The position numbers and the translations under genes were made by a program. A stretch of 64,000 bases of DNA from Eledone cirrhosa (taxonomy: Eukaryota): contig OZ024745.1 in assembly GCA_964016885.1 (NCBI GenBank), positions 116,250,001-116,314,000 of the forward strand. The letters run 5' to 3'. Numbering within the stretch: the first letter of the stretch is position 1; each line of letters begins with the position of its first letter. Below are positions 13,224 to 25,930 of the stretch, in pieces. The notes under the pieces were generated by a model that saw nothing but the letters and a program-made list of their open reading frames with translations, did no database searches and was not told the origin of the DNA.

Positions 13224-15560
13224 TTAACTGTATACTTTGTGAAAAGTTCTATGGAATTTATGCAGGCAGATGGAAAACAAATCCGAGCGTCTATTTATTA
13301 TGGATTCTAGGTTAGAGATAATGGTAAATTTTTCATTTAGGCAAAGATTACAGATTTTAGATAGAGAACTGTTCAAGTACGAGGATGCAGAAGAAATCTT
13401 TTTCCAAAAGATGTTATATTTAATGTTTTTGTCTTTTAAGGACCATATGAGTTCTGAGAGAGCAGTGTTAGTTCTTTTAAGTTTGTATTTGAAAGATGAA
13501 TGATGATTATAGAGACGAGCTTTAAAAGAGGTGGAAGTGGAGCCAAAATAGGTGAAGGAATTGGTGCTAGTTATAATTTTACATTCATAAATTAAGTTTT
13601 TATCGAGGCAGTGGTTGTTGAGAGGACATTTATTTTTAATGCGGCAGTTGCAATTAGAGAGATTATTAATGAGTGATCTAGTGTTATCTATAGAAGGAAT
13701 TGGATTGGAGAAGTTGTTTGCGATAGGAATAATAGGAATAATAGTTTCTTGATTTAGAGTTGGATTATGAACATTTAGCGAAGTTGTGTTTGACGTTGCA
13801 TTTGGGTTTACAGAAGTTAGCCTAGGGTTTACAATGACGTCAGGAGTACTATTATTGTTATTATGAGATTCAATATTGGAAGGAAGAGATTTAGTATTTA
13901 ATATTTTGTTGTTGTGTTTAGAAATGATGTTGGAAATATTGGAGGATGTAGAATACGAAAATTTGATGGTGTGTTTGTTAAATATTTTACTATAGATATG
14001 TGAGGGAGGGAAGCATTTATTTAAGGCCCTAAAAAATAATTTAGGAATATTGTTATTAATAGAGATGGAGAAAGGAGCATTATACCAGATTATGTTTTTG
14101 TATCTAGGTCTTTTATTAAGATTATTGGAATGGTTATGATTAAATATTCTATTGTAAGTTTTCCTAGAATTTGTTTCTTTATTATATTTGATTTTATCTG
14201 GATAGCCGGCTTTAGAAAGTGCGTTATTATAGTAATTGGCGTTAGCATCAAAGATGTTTTTATTAGAAGATATGTTAGATATTCTATTTCCAATATTATT
14301 AACTATAGCATTCTTGATATTGGTAGGATGGTTAGATTTAAAGTTAACATAATTAAGATTCTCATTGTTTTTATGGTAAGGGTAATATAGGCCAGTGTCA
14401 AGGTTAAGAGATACATCCAAGAAATTAGCTAGTTTGGTACTATTATCAAATTCAATTTTTAGGTTATGTTGGTTAAAGAGATTACGTATATTGTTCTTAA
14501 TAATATTAAGTTTAACTATATTGCAATTTAGGATAGTAAAGAGTCCATCGTCACGATAAATTCCACCGCGAAGTTGAGGAATTTTCCGACTCAAAGAGTT
14601 CAAAATGAAGATACCAATTAAATCAGTCAATTGGGATGAATCGGATGCTCCCATTGTGATGTCGAAGTTGTTAGAGGTATCGGCTCTGGTCCAATATTCG
14701 TTGTTGAACTCTAGGATGGTTTTACGTGCGGTGAGGATGATGTGAAGTTCATCTGTGGTGATGTCAGAATATTTAAGTGCGAAAGATAGAGCATTATTGA
14801 GAAGTGAAGGCGAAATGGAGGAATAGTAGCTGGCAATATCGAATTGAATAAATTTTAGTTTGTTTTTATTATCCAATTTGTTGAACCAGCCAATCACTTC
14901 AGAAGTACCAAACCATAAATTTAGGTTTAAAGAAGAGCAATTAGAACTAACCTGTGGGATAATCCTATCCAAGATGGCTTTACTAACAACCCCCAGATCA
15001 GATTTAGAGGGGGCGATTAATCTAACAGGTAGTTCAGTGTGAAAATTGTTTTTGTGATCCTTGAGATTTATCCTCGGAGTTCTTGGGAGGAATGGTTCGG
15101 TCTTTTTTTCAATGCCAAGTTTTGACATAATCTCATAGGCTTCAAGGTTTATGCATTCTAAATTTTCATGGTTGGTTTTACGATACTTTTTCCTAAGTTC
15201 CTTTAGGATAAGGTTGTTATAATTATCCTTGGAAATACCATATAGGTTATTGGTTTTGTCAGAGTGGACTAAAACATTTTTTGAGGAATTTAGGTTAGAG
15301 ATTGTGTTCTTGAGATTTACAAGGTGCTCTTGTCCTTTGTAAGGGTATCTCTTGAATTTAAGATTTTTTATAATTTTAGTTAATTCTTCCTCGAATTGTG
15401 CTAGATTTTTGTTGGAAGGAGGATTTCGTCTGGAATTAAAAAGATGATCGAGGAAGTTGTGTTCTTTGGTATGAAAGTTCCCTTTTAGGCGCTGGTCATA
15501 GAAATAGGCTGTCCATCTAAGTCTTCTTACGAAGGAGTCAGTTTTTTCCGATATCTGCAT
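13224..15560 (-). CDS. PLE reverse transcriptase-GIY-YIG endonuclease polyprotein (N-terminally truncated)
   Basis: 778-aa uninterrupted ORF. RT motifs PVRLI, FDIASYYSSI, MGASDSSQLTDLIG, IYRDDGL, NFLDVSL. C-terminal CNCR..CPL...CL, LIYEC..TYFGST..FKARLYNH, CNLCLNEK, N-R-SDL..CLH resemble Naiad-clade PLE endonucleases. The ATG lies in the inverted tail, so it is not the native start. Confidence 0.9.
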   Translation of the reverse strand: MQISEKTDSFVRRLRWTAYFYDQRLKGNFHTKEHNFLDHLFNSRRNPPSNKNLAQFEEELTKIIKNLKFKRYPYKGQEHLVNLKNTISNLNSSKNVLVHSDKTNNLYGISKDNYNNLILKELRKKYRKTNHENLECINLEAYEIMSKLGIEKKTEPFLPRTPRINLKDHKNNFHTELPVRLIAPSKSDLGVVSKAILDRIIPQVSSNCSSLNLNLWFGTSEVIGWFNKLDNKNKLKFIQFDIASYYSSISPSLLNNALSFALKYSDITTDELHIILTARKTILEFNNEYWTRADTSNNFDITMGASDSSQLTDLIGIFILNSLSRKIPQLRGGIYRDDGLFTILNCNIVKLNIIKNNIRNLFNQHNLKIEFDNSTKLANFLDVSLNLDTGLYYPYHKNNENLNYVNFKSNHPTNIKNAIVNNIGNRISNISSNKNIFDANANYYNNALSKAGYPDKIKYNKETNSRKTYNRIFNHNHSNNLNKRPRYKNIIWYNAPFSISINNNIPKLFFRALNKCFPPSHIYSKIFNKHTIKFSYSTSSNISNIISKHNNKILNTKSLPSNIESHNNNNSTPDVIVNPRLTSVNPNATSNTTSLNVHNPTLNQETIIPIIPIANNFSNPIPSIDNTRSLINNLSNCNCRIKNKCPLNNHCLDKNLIYECKIITSTNSFTYFGSTSTSFKARLYNHHSSFKYKLKRTNTALSELIWSLKDKNIKYNIFWKKISSASSYLNSSLSKICNLCLNEKFTIISNLESIINRRSDLFSICLHKFHRTFHKVYS

Positions 15561-15629
15561 TGCTTTATTGTACTACAATAAAACTCACCTCCTACATTTA
15601 TATATATATATATATATATATATAACACA

Positions 15630-15835
15630 GTAAAGTGGTCGTGTAGGTGTCACTACAAAAAGCACCCAGTACACACTGTAAATTAGGTTGGCGTTAGGAG
15701 GTCATCAACCTGTAGAAACCAACCCAGAATCAGTGACGTATGAGCAAAGCGTGGTCCCCTGACCTGGCATTACTCACAACAGGTTAATTCATCTAATCTA
15801 TGCTAGAGTGGGAAAATGGACGTTAAACGATGACA
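15630..15835 (+). mobile_element. 3' part of a second SINE family
   Basis: AAAGCACCCAGTACAC..GGTTGGCGTTAGGA..GGAAAATGGACGTTAAACGATGA resembles an abundant octopus repeat (from memory). Reverse-complement tail at ~46545-46571. Confidence 0.45.
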
Positions 15836-16232
15836 ATAATTGTTACTACTTTAGGCACAAGGCCAGCAATTACCCAGGGCATTACTGGTACTTTATTTTA
15901 TCGACCCCGTAAGGCTGAAAGGCAAAGTCAACCTCGGCGGGATTTGAACTCAGATCGTAAAGGGACGTAACTATGCTGGAAAGCATGGCGTCCGACCCTC
16001 TACCGATACTGCCAATCCACCGCCCTACATGACCTCGGATGATAATAATTGTTTCTACTTTTGGCACAAGGCCAGCAATTACCCAGTGCATTACTGGTAC
16101 TTTATTTTATCGACCCCGTAAGGATGAAAGGCAAAGTTAACCTCGGCGGGATTTGAACTCAGAATGGCAAGGGCCGTAACTCTATGCATCAAAGCATGGC
16201 ATCCAACCCTCTACCGATACTGCCAATTCACG
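15835..16232 (-). mobile_element. Two tandem tRNA-derived SINEs (octopod-type)
   Basis: A box TGGCAGTATCGG, B box GAGTTCAAATCC, body GCCTTTCATCCTTACGGGGTCGATAAAATAAAGTACCAG, tail AGAAACAATTATTA. Confidence 0.85.
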
Positions 16233-19114
16233 GATGATAATAATGATGAGGAAACACAATTGAAGGTGTTATGTTTAATGTCTAACTAGCAAAAACAAAA
16301 TTATATTTAGAAGGTGGTGATATAAACATGCTGAGTTTTGTTAAGTATGTGAAAGTGAATGTATTGCTGTATTAGGGTGAGAGAATATGAAAGAAAGAAC
16401 ATATACAAGGGAGATAAACCATGACGGGAGCCTAATATTGAACTTGTAAAAAGCAAACCTGACTTCGGAGAGAATCGAACTTAGATTACAGAGAGCTGGA
16501 TGCATTGTATCCAACGTGTTAATGACTTTGACAAATCCCTTACTACTTCTCTATATAGTATATAACATTTTCTTACTCCAATATAACTACTATCGTCATT
16601 ACCACTATATATGTATGTATGGACTTGTAACTCCTGAGGTAGTCGTAGGGGGCAGCACATTTACATACGGCATATCAAAGGTATATTTCAAAACCAGTGG
16701 AACCCATCTTATTGCCATGTCTGAATGCAGCATATTTCCTCCCGAAAATGATAGGGATTGAGACAACGGAAGTGAGAAAGTGACAAAGAGGAAGATTCGA
16801 CCCCAGTACTAGATCAATACATTTTTTATCGACTTCGAGTGGATGATAGGCAACGTTGACCTCGGTGGGATTTGATCTCAGAGAGCAGAATGCCGAAACA
16901 AATATCGCAAAGCATACTTTCCGACTGTCTAACGACTCCGCTAATTCACCTTACCCAATGTATACAGCATAGAGAAATATGTCATTCAACATTAATCAGT
17001 ACTGCAATTAACAACTGTGTATATGGTTTCTGAAATAGGCACAAGGCCAATAATTATAATTTGAGGGAGGGAAAAATCGATTTATTTTAGCGACCCCTTA
17101 AGGGTGAAAGGTAAAGCAAATATCGGTTGTATTTGAAATTAGAACGTAAAGGGACGCAACTATATGTCGCAAAGTATGTTGTCCGACGCTATACCGATAT
17201 AGCCATTCCACCGCCTATTACTACTGTATATAGATCAGAATAATCTCTCACTCCAACCTAACCACTACCTTAATTACCATTGTATACATCACAGGAATAT
17301 CTCTCATTCCAATCTTATATCACTGTATATAGCACAGGATACTTTCTCACAGCAATTACTTTATTGCCACTGTATATAGCCCAGCAAAACCTCTCGCTCG
17401 ATTTTAACTGCTGATTTCAATATCAATATATACAACTCAGGAACACATCTCACTCATTCAAACTACTTTCAGCACTACTGTATATAGCCTAAGAAAAGAT
17501 TTCACTTCATCGCAACCACTACTTTACGGTCGCACCGACACTAAAGAAACACCTCTCATTCCAGCTCCACCACTTCTTTCACTATCGGACATACATCTCA
17601 GGTAAAAGTACAGATATCTCTTGACTATTATTTGTATAAATGTATACATTGCAGGGAGACTTTTTTGCACACCGTAAACTTTCCCTTCAACCTTGGAATA
17701 ACAAACATGTACACCTCACATTCTGACATAAGCACAGCTTTAGATATTCTGATATATGTTACATGAACATAACATAGAACATCTCACAAGTACGTTTAGA
17801 ATCACAGTATGCAATGCACGCACACCCCAAGTAGCACCATAGCTGTTATCTTTAGAAATACCGTATCCACATAGTAACCCCTTCATTCCACGTAAACTGC
17901 AATTTTCACAATCATGCTTGCAACATAAGAGGAGCTTATACGGTTCAATTAGAGACCATATATGCGTAAGCTTTCCCTGCCAGAAATCTTCCTCACATCA
18001 TACACCATCATGTAATAAAATACTACATTGGTTAAAAAAAATCCTAGATTACCTACACGTTGGAAAACGGCATGATCATCGCACCTGAAACGCATTTGAT
18101 CCGAAGTTATTTCGATTGCGCGTTACCTAGGTCTAATCAACACAAACAACCACCTTATGCACATAAACTGCAACTTACAGAATCTCAGTATAGAGCATAA
18201 AACATCTCTAAATCTACCTTCGGGGTATTTTTAAGTGTCAGTGTACGACACACGAATGCAATCTCTTGTGCCACTTCAAATGTTTCAGCAGCGTTTTATA
18301 TGTAACAGGAACACATCTCGCTGTGTCGTATCCAATTAGTATCACAGGAAAAAAAAACACATCACAGTGTAGAATATATTCTCTTATTCCAACTTATCTA
18401 TTACGCTGCTTAGCATGGAGCAGATCTCAGGTAAACATTTCACTCAACATTTAGGTTTAAAATCACTGAGTGCATTACATTATCAGCATTTAACACAAGC
18501 CTAACTATTATTCTTGGGACCGACACTAAAAAATATATAACGAAATAAAGTTTAATATAACGGAAATCCACCAGTAACATCACTTCATCTACTATTTTCA
18601 GAATTACACTGTAAAGCACTAGAACCCCCCCCCCCCCCCCCCCCAATATTTACTTCCACAATCACGTCATTCAAAACAAATACACTTTCCATTACTCCGC
18701 TAAACCACTTCTTTCTGAATCACTATACAACGAAATGCCAGTTATTTTTTCCTTCTATCTAATTTAGTACAATTGTATACGACGCGCTATAACCTGTTTC
18801 TACTCTACTTATATAATATATTCGACATCATTTTGATAACAACAGAATACCACTCACTCCAGTGTAAATGCTGTTTTTAATATCATGCAGCAAAACAGAA
18901 AAACAACTTTTTTCCCATCAACTTAACCGTTCTGCAACACTCAACACCAGACTATATAATAATGGAACACATTTCTCAGATTCTAATGAACCTGCTACTT
19001 TCAAAATTACGTTGTACACCATTCAAATATTTTCTCTCGCTCAACCTTAACTGTTGCTTTTAGAATCGCTAGCAATATATATACAACGAAGTTAACTTTC
19101 TCTCACTTCTAAAA

Positions 19115-19665
19115 TGGTTTTAATTTGGGCACAAGGCCAGCAATTTTAGAGAAAGGAAAGTCGATTAAATCCATCCCAATAGGTTATTGGTACTTTTATC
19201 GACCCATATGGATGAAAGGCAAAGCTAACTCCGGCTGTCTTTGAAATCTTTTACTTCTAATAATTGTTTCTACGTTTGGCACAAGGCCAGCAATAACCCA
19301 GTACATTACTGGTACTTTATTTTATCGACCCCGTAAGGATGAAAGGCAAAGTTAACCTCGGCGGGATTCGAACTCAGAATGGGAAGGTCCATAACTCTAT
19401 GCGTCAAAGCATGGCGTCCGATCCTCTACCCATACTGCCAATCCACTTCTAATAATGATATCTGTTCTAAGTACAAGGCTGCCAGTTTGTGGAGTGGGGA
19501 AGATCGATTATTTTGACCTCAGTACGTGATTAGTACTTTATTGTAACGACTCCGTAGGTATGAAAAACAAAGTTGACCACGGTGGGATTTGAATACAGAT
19601 CGTAAAGTGTTGTAACTCAATGCCTCAAAGCACTTGGCCCGACGCTCTAGTGATTCTGTGAATCC
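19115..19665 (-). mobile_element. Cluster of three SINE copies
   Basis: Same SINE body motif. Best copy 19258-19447. Confidence 0.75.
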
Positions 19666-21672
19666 CTCACCACTGCTGTACTTCGAATACTGGTATATGT
19701 TACCGGAATACTTTCACAAAACAAAACTAATGATCTCGACATATGACACATAACATAAGATCATTGCTCACTAGATTTTAACTGACACTTTCAGTCACAC
19801 GCCGTACAGCACAACACATCCTCAGTCACACCCACTGAAAAGGTACGTATGGAATGATTGTTTTATTTCCATCTCAAACAAGGAATCACAGTTTAAATCA
19901 AAATAGAGCATGTTCTCGCCATGGTTCTTTCGAATGTTGGTGTACAGGTCTGGATCACGTTATTCTTAATTAATCAGCACTTTCCGTGTTATACAACCTT
20001 ATAGCTGCGATTTACAGTATCACTACACCTCTATTCCTATTTCAAGAATCATGTTTTATATCATAAGTACAGCTTCTTACATCTCACTTAACTGCTAATT
20101 CCAGAACCATACAGATGCATATACAGCACATAGACGCTTAAATTCACACTCCCTGACCTCACAAAGATTTTTAAAATTACCGTATAAAGACCAGGAAATT
20201 TTCTTACTCCGCATGAGTCAACTATTTTCAGAATTACATATACACCACAAGAACACACACTATTTCCATAAAAATAGAATACTACATTCAGAATCAATGA
20301 ATACATGACAGAAATACATTTATTCCTACACCATAGCTATTACATAGAGAATCATTATGTATAGAGCATAAAAGCACAAATGTTGCTCTTAGATTAATTC
20401 CATACACTACAGGAAAAACTGTGATATTTCTATAGCCCGGTAGATGTGCATTCAAAATATTTGTATTCAACACACTCCCATCGTTCTCGCCACCTTAGCT
20501 GCTACTGTTAGAATTGTATCCAACACTGTCTCATATTTTTTCACTCTATTTTATCTGCATTCCCGGCATAAAACAACATAAAGAGACGTCTTACAACATC
20601 GTAACTATTATGTTCTCAGTCACGATATACAACGTAGTAACATCATTGATATCTCACCCTTAACTACCACTTTCAACTTCATAGTCTATCACACAGAAAA
20701 GCCTTCTCTCAACCCACCCTGGCCACTATCTTTAGAATGACAAAATATATAACAGGCCGACCTTGCCCCAACCGCTACTTGCAGTAGTATACTATACATC
20801 AGGGGACACCGTATTCCTCCATCATAATCGCTCCTTTCAGAATTACGATACGTAAGGTGTTTACCTAACCCTTTATGCAACACCAGAGTATACAACGACT
20901 TATTTAACACTATTATAATGCAAGGTTGACTTTGCCTTTCATCCTTACGGGGTCGATAAAATAAAGTACCAGTAATGCACTGGGTATTTCTGGCCTTGTG
21001 CCTAAAGTAGAAACAACTATTATAATGCAACACATGTACACTATAACTTAACCGTTTTGTTCCGAATCAAGGCAAACATTACAAGATGTTATTTCTATCC
21101 AGCTCATCTACTTTTCGAGTTATTCTACATAACACTTGAAATCGATATTAACTCTACTGTAAATGTTATGTACAGAATCATTGTGCATAACACTTGACAG
21201 TCTCTCCTTGTACTCTCTTCAAACTTATTGTATATAAGGAAAGACAATTCCTCACACCCCGACCTAAATACTAGTTTAGTATAATTGTGCGCGGCACGAA
21301 AACCTTTCCGCACTCGACCATAAATGTTACTTTCAGCATCAAGCAGAATTATATCAACACAATATTTCGAACCTCCTGTTCATAAAAGCAACTTTCACGA
21401 TCATGGTGAGCCGTTCAGTGACATATTTGATCAGTCAACGTACCTGTTACTTTCAAAACCGTAGGACCACTTCCTCTCAAATCAGCTTATCTGCAATAGT
21501 TAAAATAAAAGTAGGCAACCCAATAATACCCTCCTTTATTCTACACTAACCATTATTTTCTACATTTCTCTATAAACCATAAAACAAAGGACACTGCCTC
21601 TGATTCCCACTCAATTCACTACTTTGAATGTAATTGTAGGCGAGGCAGTAACACTTTCTTCAACACTACGTA

Positions 21673-22070
21673 CTGGTTTGGCAGTATCGGTAGAGGGTCG
21701 GACGTTATGCTTTGACGCATAGAGTTACGGCCCTTGCCATTCAGATTTCAAATCCGGCCGAGGCTAACTTTGCCTTTCATCCTTACGGGGTCGATAAAAT
21801 AAAGTACCAGTAATGTGCTGGAATAATTGCTGGCCTTGTGCCAAAAGTAGAAACAATTATTATAACTGTCAGGGCGGTATATTGGCAGTATCGGTGGAGG
21901 CTCGGACGCCATGCTTTTCAGCATAGAGTTATGTCTCTTTACGGTCTGACTTCAAATCCCGCCGAGGTTAACTTTGCCTTTCATCCTTAAGGAGTAGATA
22001 AAATAAAGTACCAGTAATACATTGGGTAATGGATGGCCTTGTGTCAAAAGTAGAAACAATTATTATAACT
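21673..22070 (+). mobile_element. Two tandem SINE copies
   Basis: Full head-body-tail twice. Confidence 0.85.
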
Positions 22071-24145
22071 GTATGTTACAACTTCGTTGAGTCTTAGCTG
22101 GTTTTTTCAACATCACATATTTAACATAAATGCACTTTCTTTAACATGCCACTTTGACGGTAACATCATACAAAGCCGAATAACCTAATTCACATAAGTT
22201 TCATTGATACTCTCAGAATTACTGTATACATCAGTGGGATACTCTACAAACTCTCCACCATTGCTTTAGAACTTTAACTTACATTAGAGTTTTATCATGC
22301 CACTGTAATAGCTATTTCAGTATTTTCATGTACAGTATTTTCATTCCATCGTAACTGCACCAATCAGAATCACTCTATGAAATACTTTATCTCACCCCAT
22401 TGTAACTGAAATTTACAGTATCACGCTAATCCGTATTAATTACTAGTTTTAAAATGAAGATATACTATGCAGAACAAATGTTACCTTATCTAATTAAAGT
22501 GTACAATACATGAATAGCAACACACTAAACCTTCTCCCACATCACAGAGAATTTGAAGTCGTAATATACACAAAAGTAAATTTTAAAAATCACTTATACA
22601 ACACAGTGAAGCCCATTGTTATACGATACTAGAAAATTGTAAAATATACAAGAACAAATCAGGAACACCAGCTCTCTTTATACCTCAAAAAATAATTTAT
22701 AATTAGTGTGTAAAGTGTGTATAGAATTAGTGTGTATAGCTGCAGAAGCGTTTTGTAATAAAATATTAACTGTTACTCTTAGAATACTGCTATACAAAGC
22801 AATAGAAACTTTTTCACTCTTCTTTTCAGAATCGCCTTTTCTTGTATTATATGTCTACATTCAAAATATGCGTAAACGAGCGCCATTGTTCACTTCAAAT
22901 TAACCAATACTTTCTGAATCCCGATATACAGCACGCAACCTCCCCTCAGCTAAACTTAAAAGCTACGTTCAAATACAAAAGCCTATTTATATGATCTCGC
23001 TACTAGTTCCGAATCACAGCTTAAGACACATAAAGACGTTTATTCACTCAAATTTAACCAGCATCTTCTCAATTTCTGTAACCAGTGCAGGACCTACTCT
23101 GACGCCATTAAAACGCTGCTTGAAAGTTCCAACCATATAATATCTGCGTTTTCTCCATTATTACTGCAACTTTCACAACCGTAGTGTACAACACAACAAC
23201 ACTTCTCACTTAAACCTAAAGGTAACATACCTAATGACGTTACACACTACAATAGCATCTTCATTCTTTCCACCTTCACTGCATCACCACTCGTCATTAC
23301 ATAAATGGAACCTTCAGAATCAAGATTTAGAACATGATGGTACCTTCACTGACAACACACCAACCACTACTTATATGAGCAAAGTAACCACTCATGTTTT
23401 ATTGTGACAGTATACAGCACCTTACAATTCCGTATCTGCCAGGAGCACAGTAATCCTCTAACTCCGCCTTAATGGCTCTTCCACAACCACGTTATACATC
23501 ACTAAAATACCTGCAGTTATATTCATTATGATGTTGAACAATACAGGATCACTTTTAATTCAAACAATTCTCTAATAATATAAACACAAAAACATATTTT
23601 AATCCTCATTACTTTCAGAATTACATCTACTCGAAATACAAAACAAACATATTGATTTTGCTTCACCCGAACCGTTACTTTCAGCATCCCTGTATGCAAT
23701 GTGGGCGCGATTTCATCTTCAGCCTTATATATTACTTAGTTGTAGTTACAATAGGATCAGAAGATGCTTCCTTTAATTTTGGCAACACATCAACACTCCA
23801 ACTCCTATAATCCTAATTCTTCTTTCATAAAGACTGAAGTACCCAAGTTACGAACGAGTTACGTTCCAAGAAGCCGTTCGAAAGTTGATCGTCTAACACA
23901 GAACGTACAAGTAAGACCATATATGTTACATTGATTCTGCAGTTTTCCATATGAGTGATATATATACACAGTATATAGGGGTATATATATAGTATATAGA
24001 GGGAGATATAACATTTAATATAGAGGTATTTATAGAGTATATAGAGAGGAAGGTATGACATGTAATATAGAGGTATATATAGAGTATATAGAAGTATATA
24101 TAACATGTAATATAGAGTATATATATAGTATATAGTATATAGTAT

Positions 24146-24660
24146 CAATCTAGCGCGGGTAAAATTCCCGAGATCCATGGACAATTTCTCTCCAGCGGTC
24201 TCTGTCCCTCATTATCGCTGCCATGTCCTGCGTCTCCAACAGACCAGTGTCTGTCCTTAGGGCATCAACATACGTTAACCTTGGTCTTCCTCTTCCAGTG
24301 TGTCCATGCAGGGGCTCCCACAGGAGTACTGAGTACAGTGTCAACTCTGGATGTCGGTGAGCATGTCCAGCTAACCTCAGTCTCCTCTGTGTCACTTTTG
24401 AGCTGACTTTGGCTCCCTACCTTTTCATCATCGTAGTGGATTATTGTATGCGCCTTGTACTGGTGAAACACCAGGAATCTGGGTTTACTGTAACCCCGGC
24501 TCAGAGCAAGAGAGTTAAGGCGAAAGAGATATCGGATGCTGAATTTGCCGACGACATAGTTTTGGTGACAAACACAGTGAAGGAGGCAGAGGATTTGATG
24601 CAGGAGGTTGAGACAGTGTCGATGAGTGTGGGACTGAGAATGAACGAGACTAAGAGTATC
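24146..24660. mobile_element. RTE-like LINE remnant with 5' inversion
   Basis: - strand 24150-24395 encodes an ORF2 C-terminus (RRLRLAGH..LLWEP.HG..GRGRPRLTY..DRDRWR). + strand 24400-24660 encodes RT ([29 protein letters not shown]). Confidence 0.8.
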
Positions 24661-24662
24661 TA

Positions 24663-24796
<134 letters not shown>

Positions 24797-25847
24797 TATC
24801 GAGTGAGATATAACATGAAATAATGAAGTTAAATACTGTAAAGCTAATGAAAATAAATTGTTAAAACAAGAAAGTATTTTTCAATTTTTTTCCCTTGTGA
24901 GACTATTCGTATCTGCGGAGGTTCGTATGTAGGATATTCGTAAGGCGGGAACTTGCTGTACACCACAGGGACATCCTTTTATAATCTACATTGACTACTA
25001 TTTCCAATACACAACATGTAACGTAAGTAGAGCTTATTTGACGCTAAATTAAATGTGTTTTTATAATGTCTATATACAGCTCTGTATTTCACTCTACCTT
25101 AACAGCAACCTTCAGTATCTCGTTATACAATGACTTATCTTCATTTTCATTTGGAACTGCTATTTTCCTTATCAATGCATGCGACACAGATACTGCTTTC
25201 TCTCTCTCTTTCTGCCTAATTGCTACTTTCAGAATTACTTTATACATCAAAGAATCACCTTTCATCAAGCCTATGGCTACATTCAGAATACAACCTATGA
25301 ATACATCTGATTTCACCAAGAACACTAACCTTATAATTATACTATACACATTTCAACTTAAATACTTATAACAGAGCAAAAGAACACATTCTAATATCAC
25401 TATACACAGGGACAGTGTCATTCACTTTACCTAATTTTTACATTCAGAATTACTCTATATACACAATTTGTCTGTGACCCCACGCCAACCTCTACATTTA
25501 CTACTATATTATACCGTTTAGAAATTTCACGAGACATTGAGAATAGCTGTATAGAAGTACATTAACACTCTATTCCACTCATATTCAACAATTGCTGGCA
25601 GAATCACGTTAAATAAAACTAGAAATCCACCTTATCTGATATTTTCAGAATTAGTTTGTATAGCATTGGAGACGTTATCACAGGTTCTGAAACATGGCCC
25701 TCAGAATCACGTTATACACTAAAAAACATACCTTCCTCTACTTCAATGTCGTCTTACGCTGAAAAATATTGTGTACAAAAGAAAAGGAAATTTTCGTTCT
25801 TCTTCTTCTTCTTCTTCTTCTTTCAGCATTATGTAGTACAACACAAA

Positions 25848-25930
25848 TATTGGGTCATCAAGTATGAAATGTGTAGACATTTGCAGAAAACAAACAAATT
25901 TCTACAAATTTCATACTTGACGACACAATA
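25848..25930. mobile_element. ~82-bp palindromic MITE, mariner-like, TA ends
   Basis: TATTGGGTCATCAAGTATGAAA..TTTCATACTTGACGACACAATA. Copies at 33603-33684 and 46340-46421. Confidence 0.7.

Larger units (their letters stand above)
11914..15596 (-). mobile_element. Penelope-like retroelement (Naiad-like), 5'-truncated, with inverted terminal tail piece; inserted in (TA)n (family A)
   Basis: RT+GIY-YIG ORF on - strand, ~1.3-kb 3' UTR with internal duplications, hammerhead at 11953-12019, (TA)n on both sides. 15547-15596 is the element's 3' tail in opposite orientation (matches 41804-41853 and 42497-42546). Confidence 0.9.

Noticed and set aside
13224-15560. Selenocysteine recoding as reported for some Naiad PLEs
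   Set aside because: ORF has no in-frame TGA and ends in TAA. No SECIS recognised by eye.
25089-25349. Repeat protein with LYxVILKVAV motif
   Set aside because: Explained by the decayed ~50-bp DNA satellite. The frame is not maintained between units.
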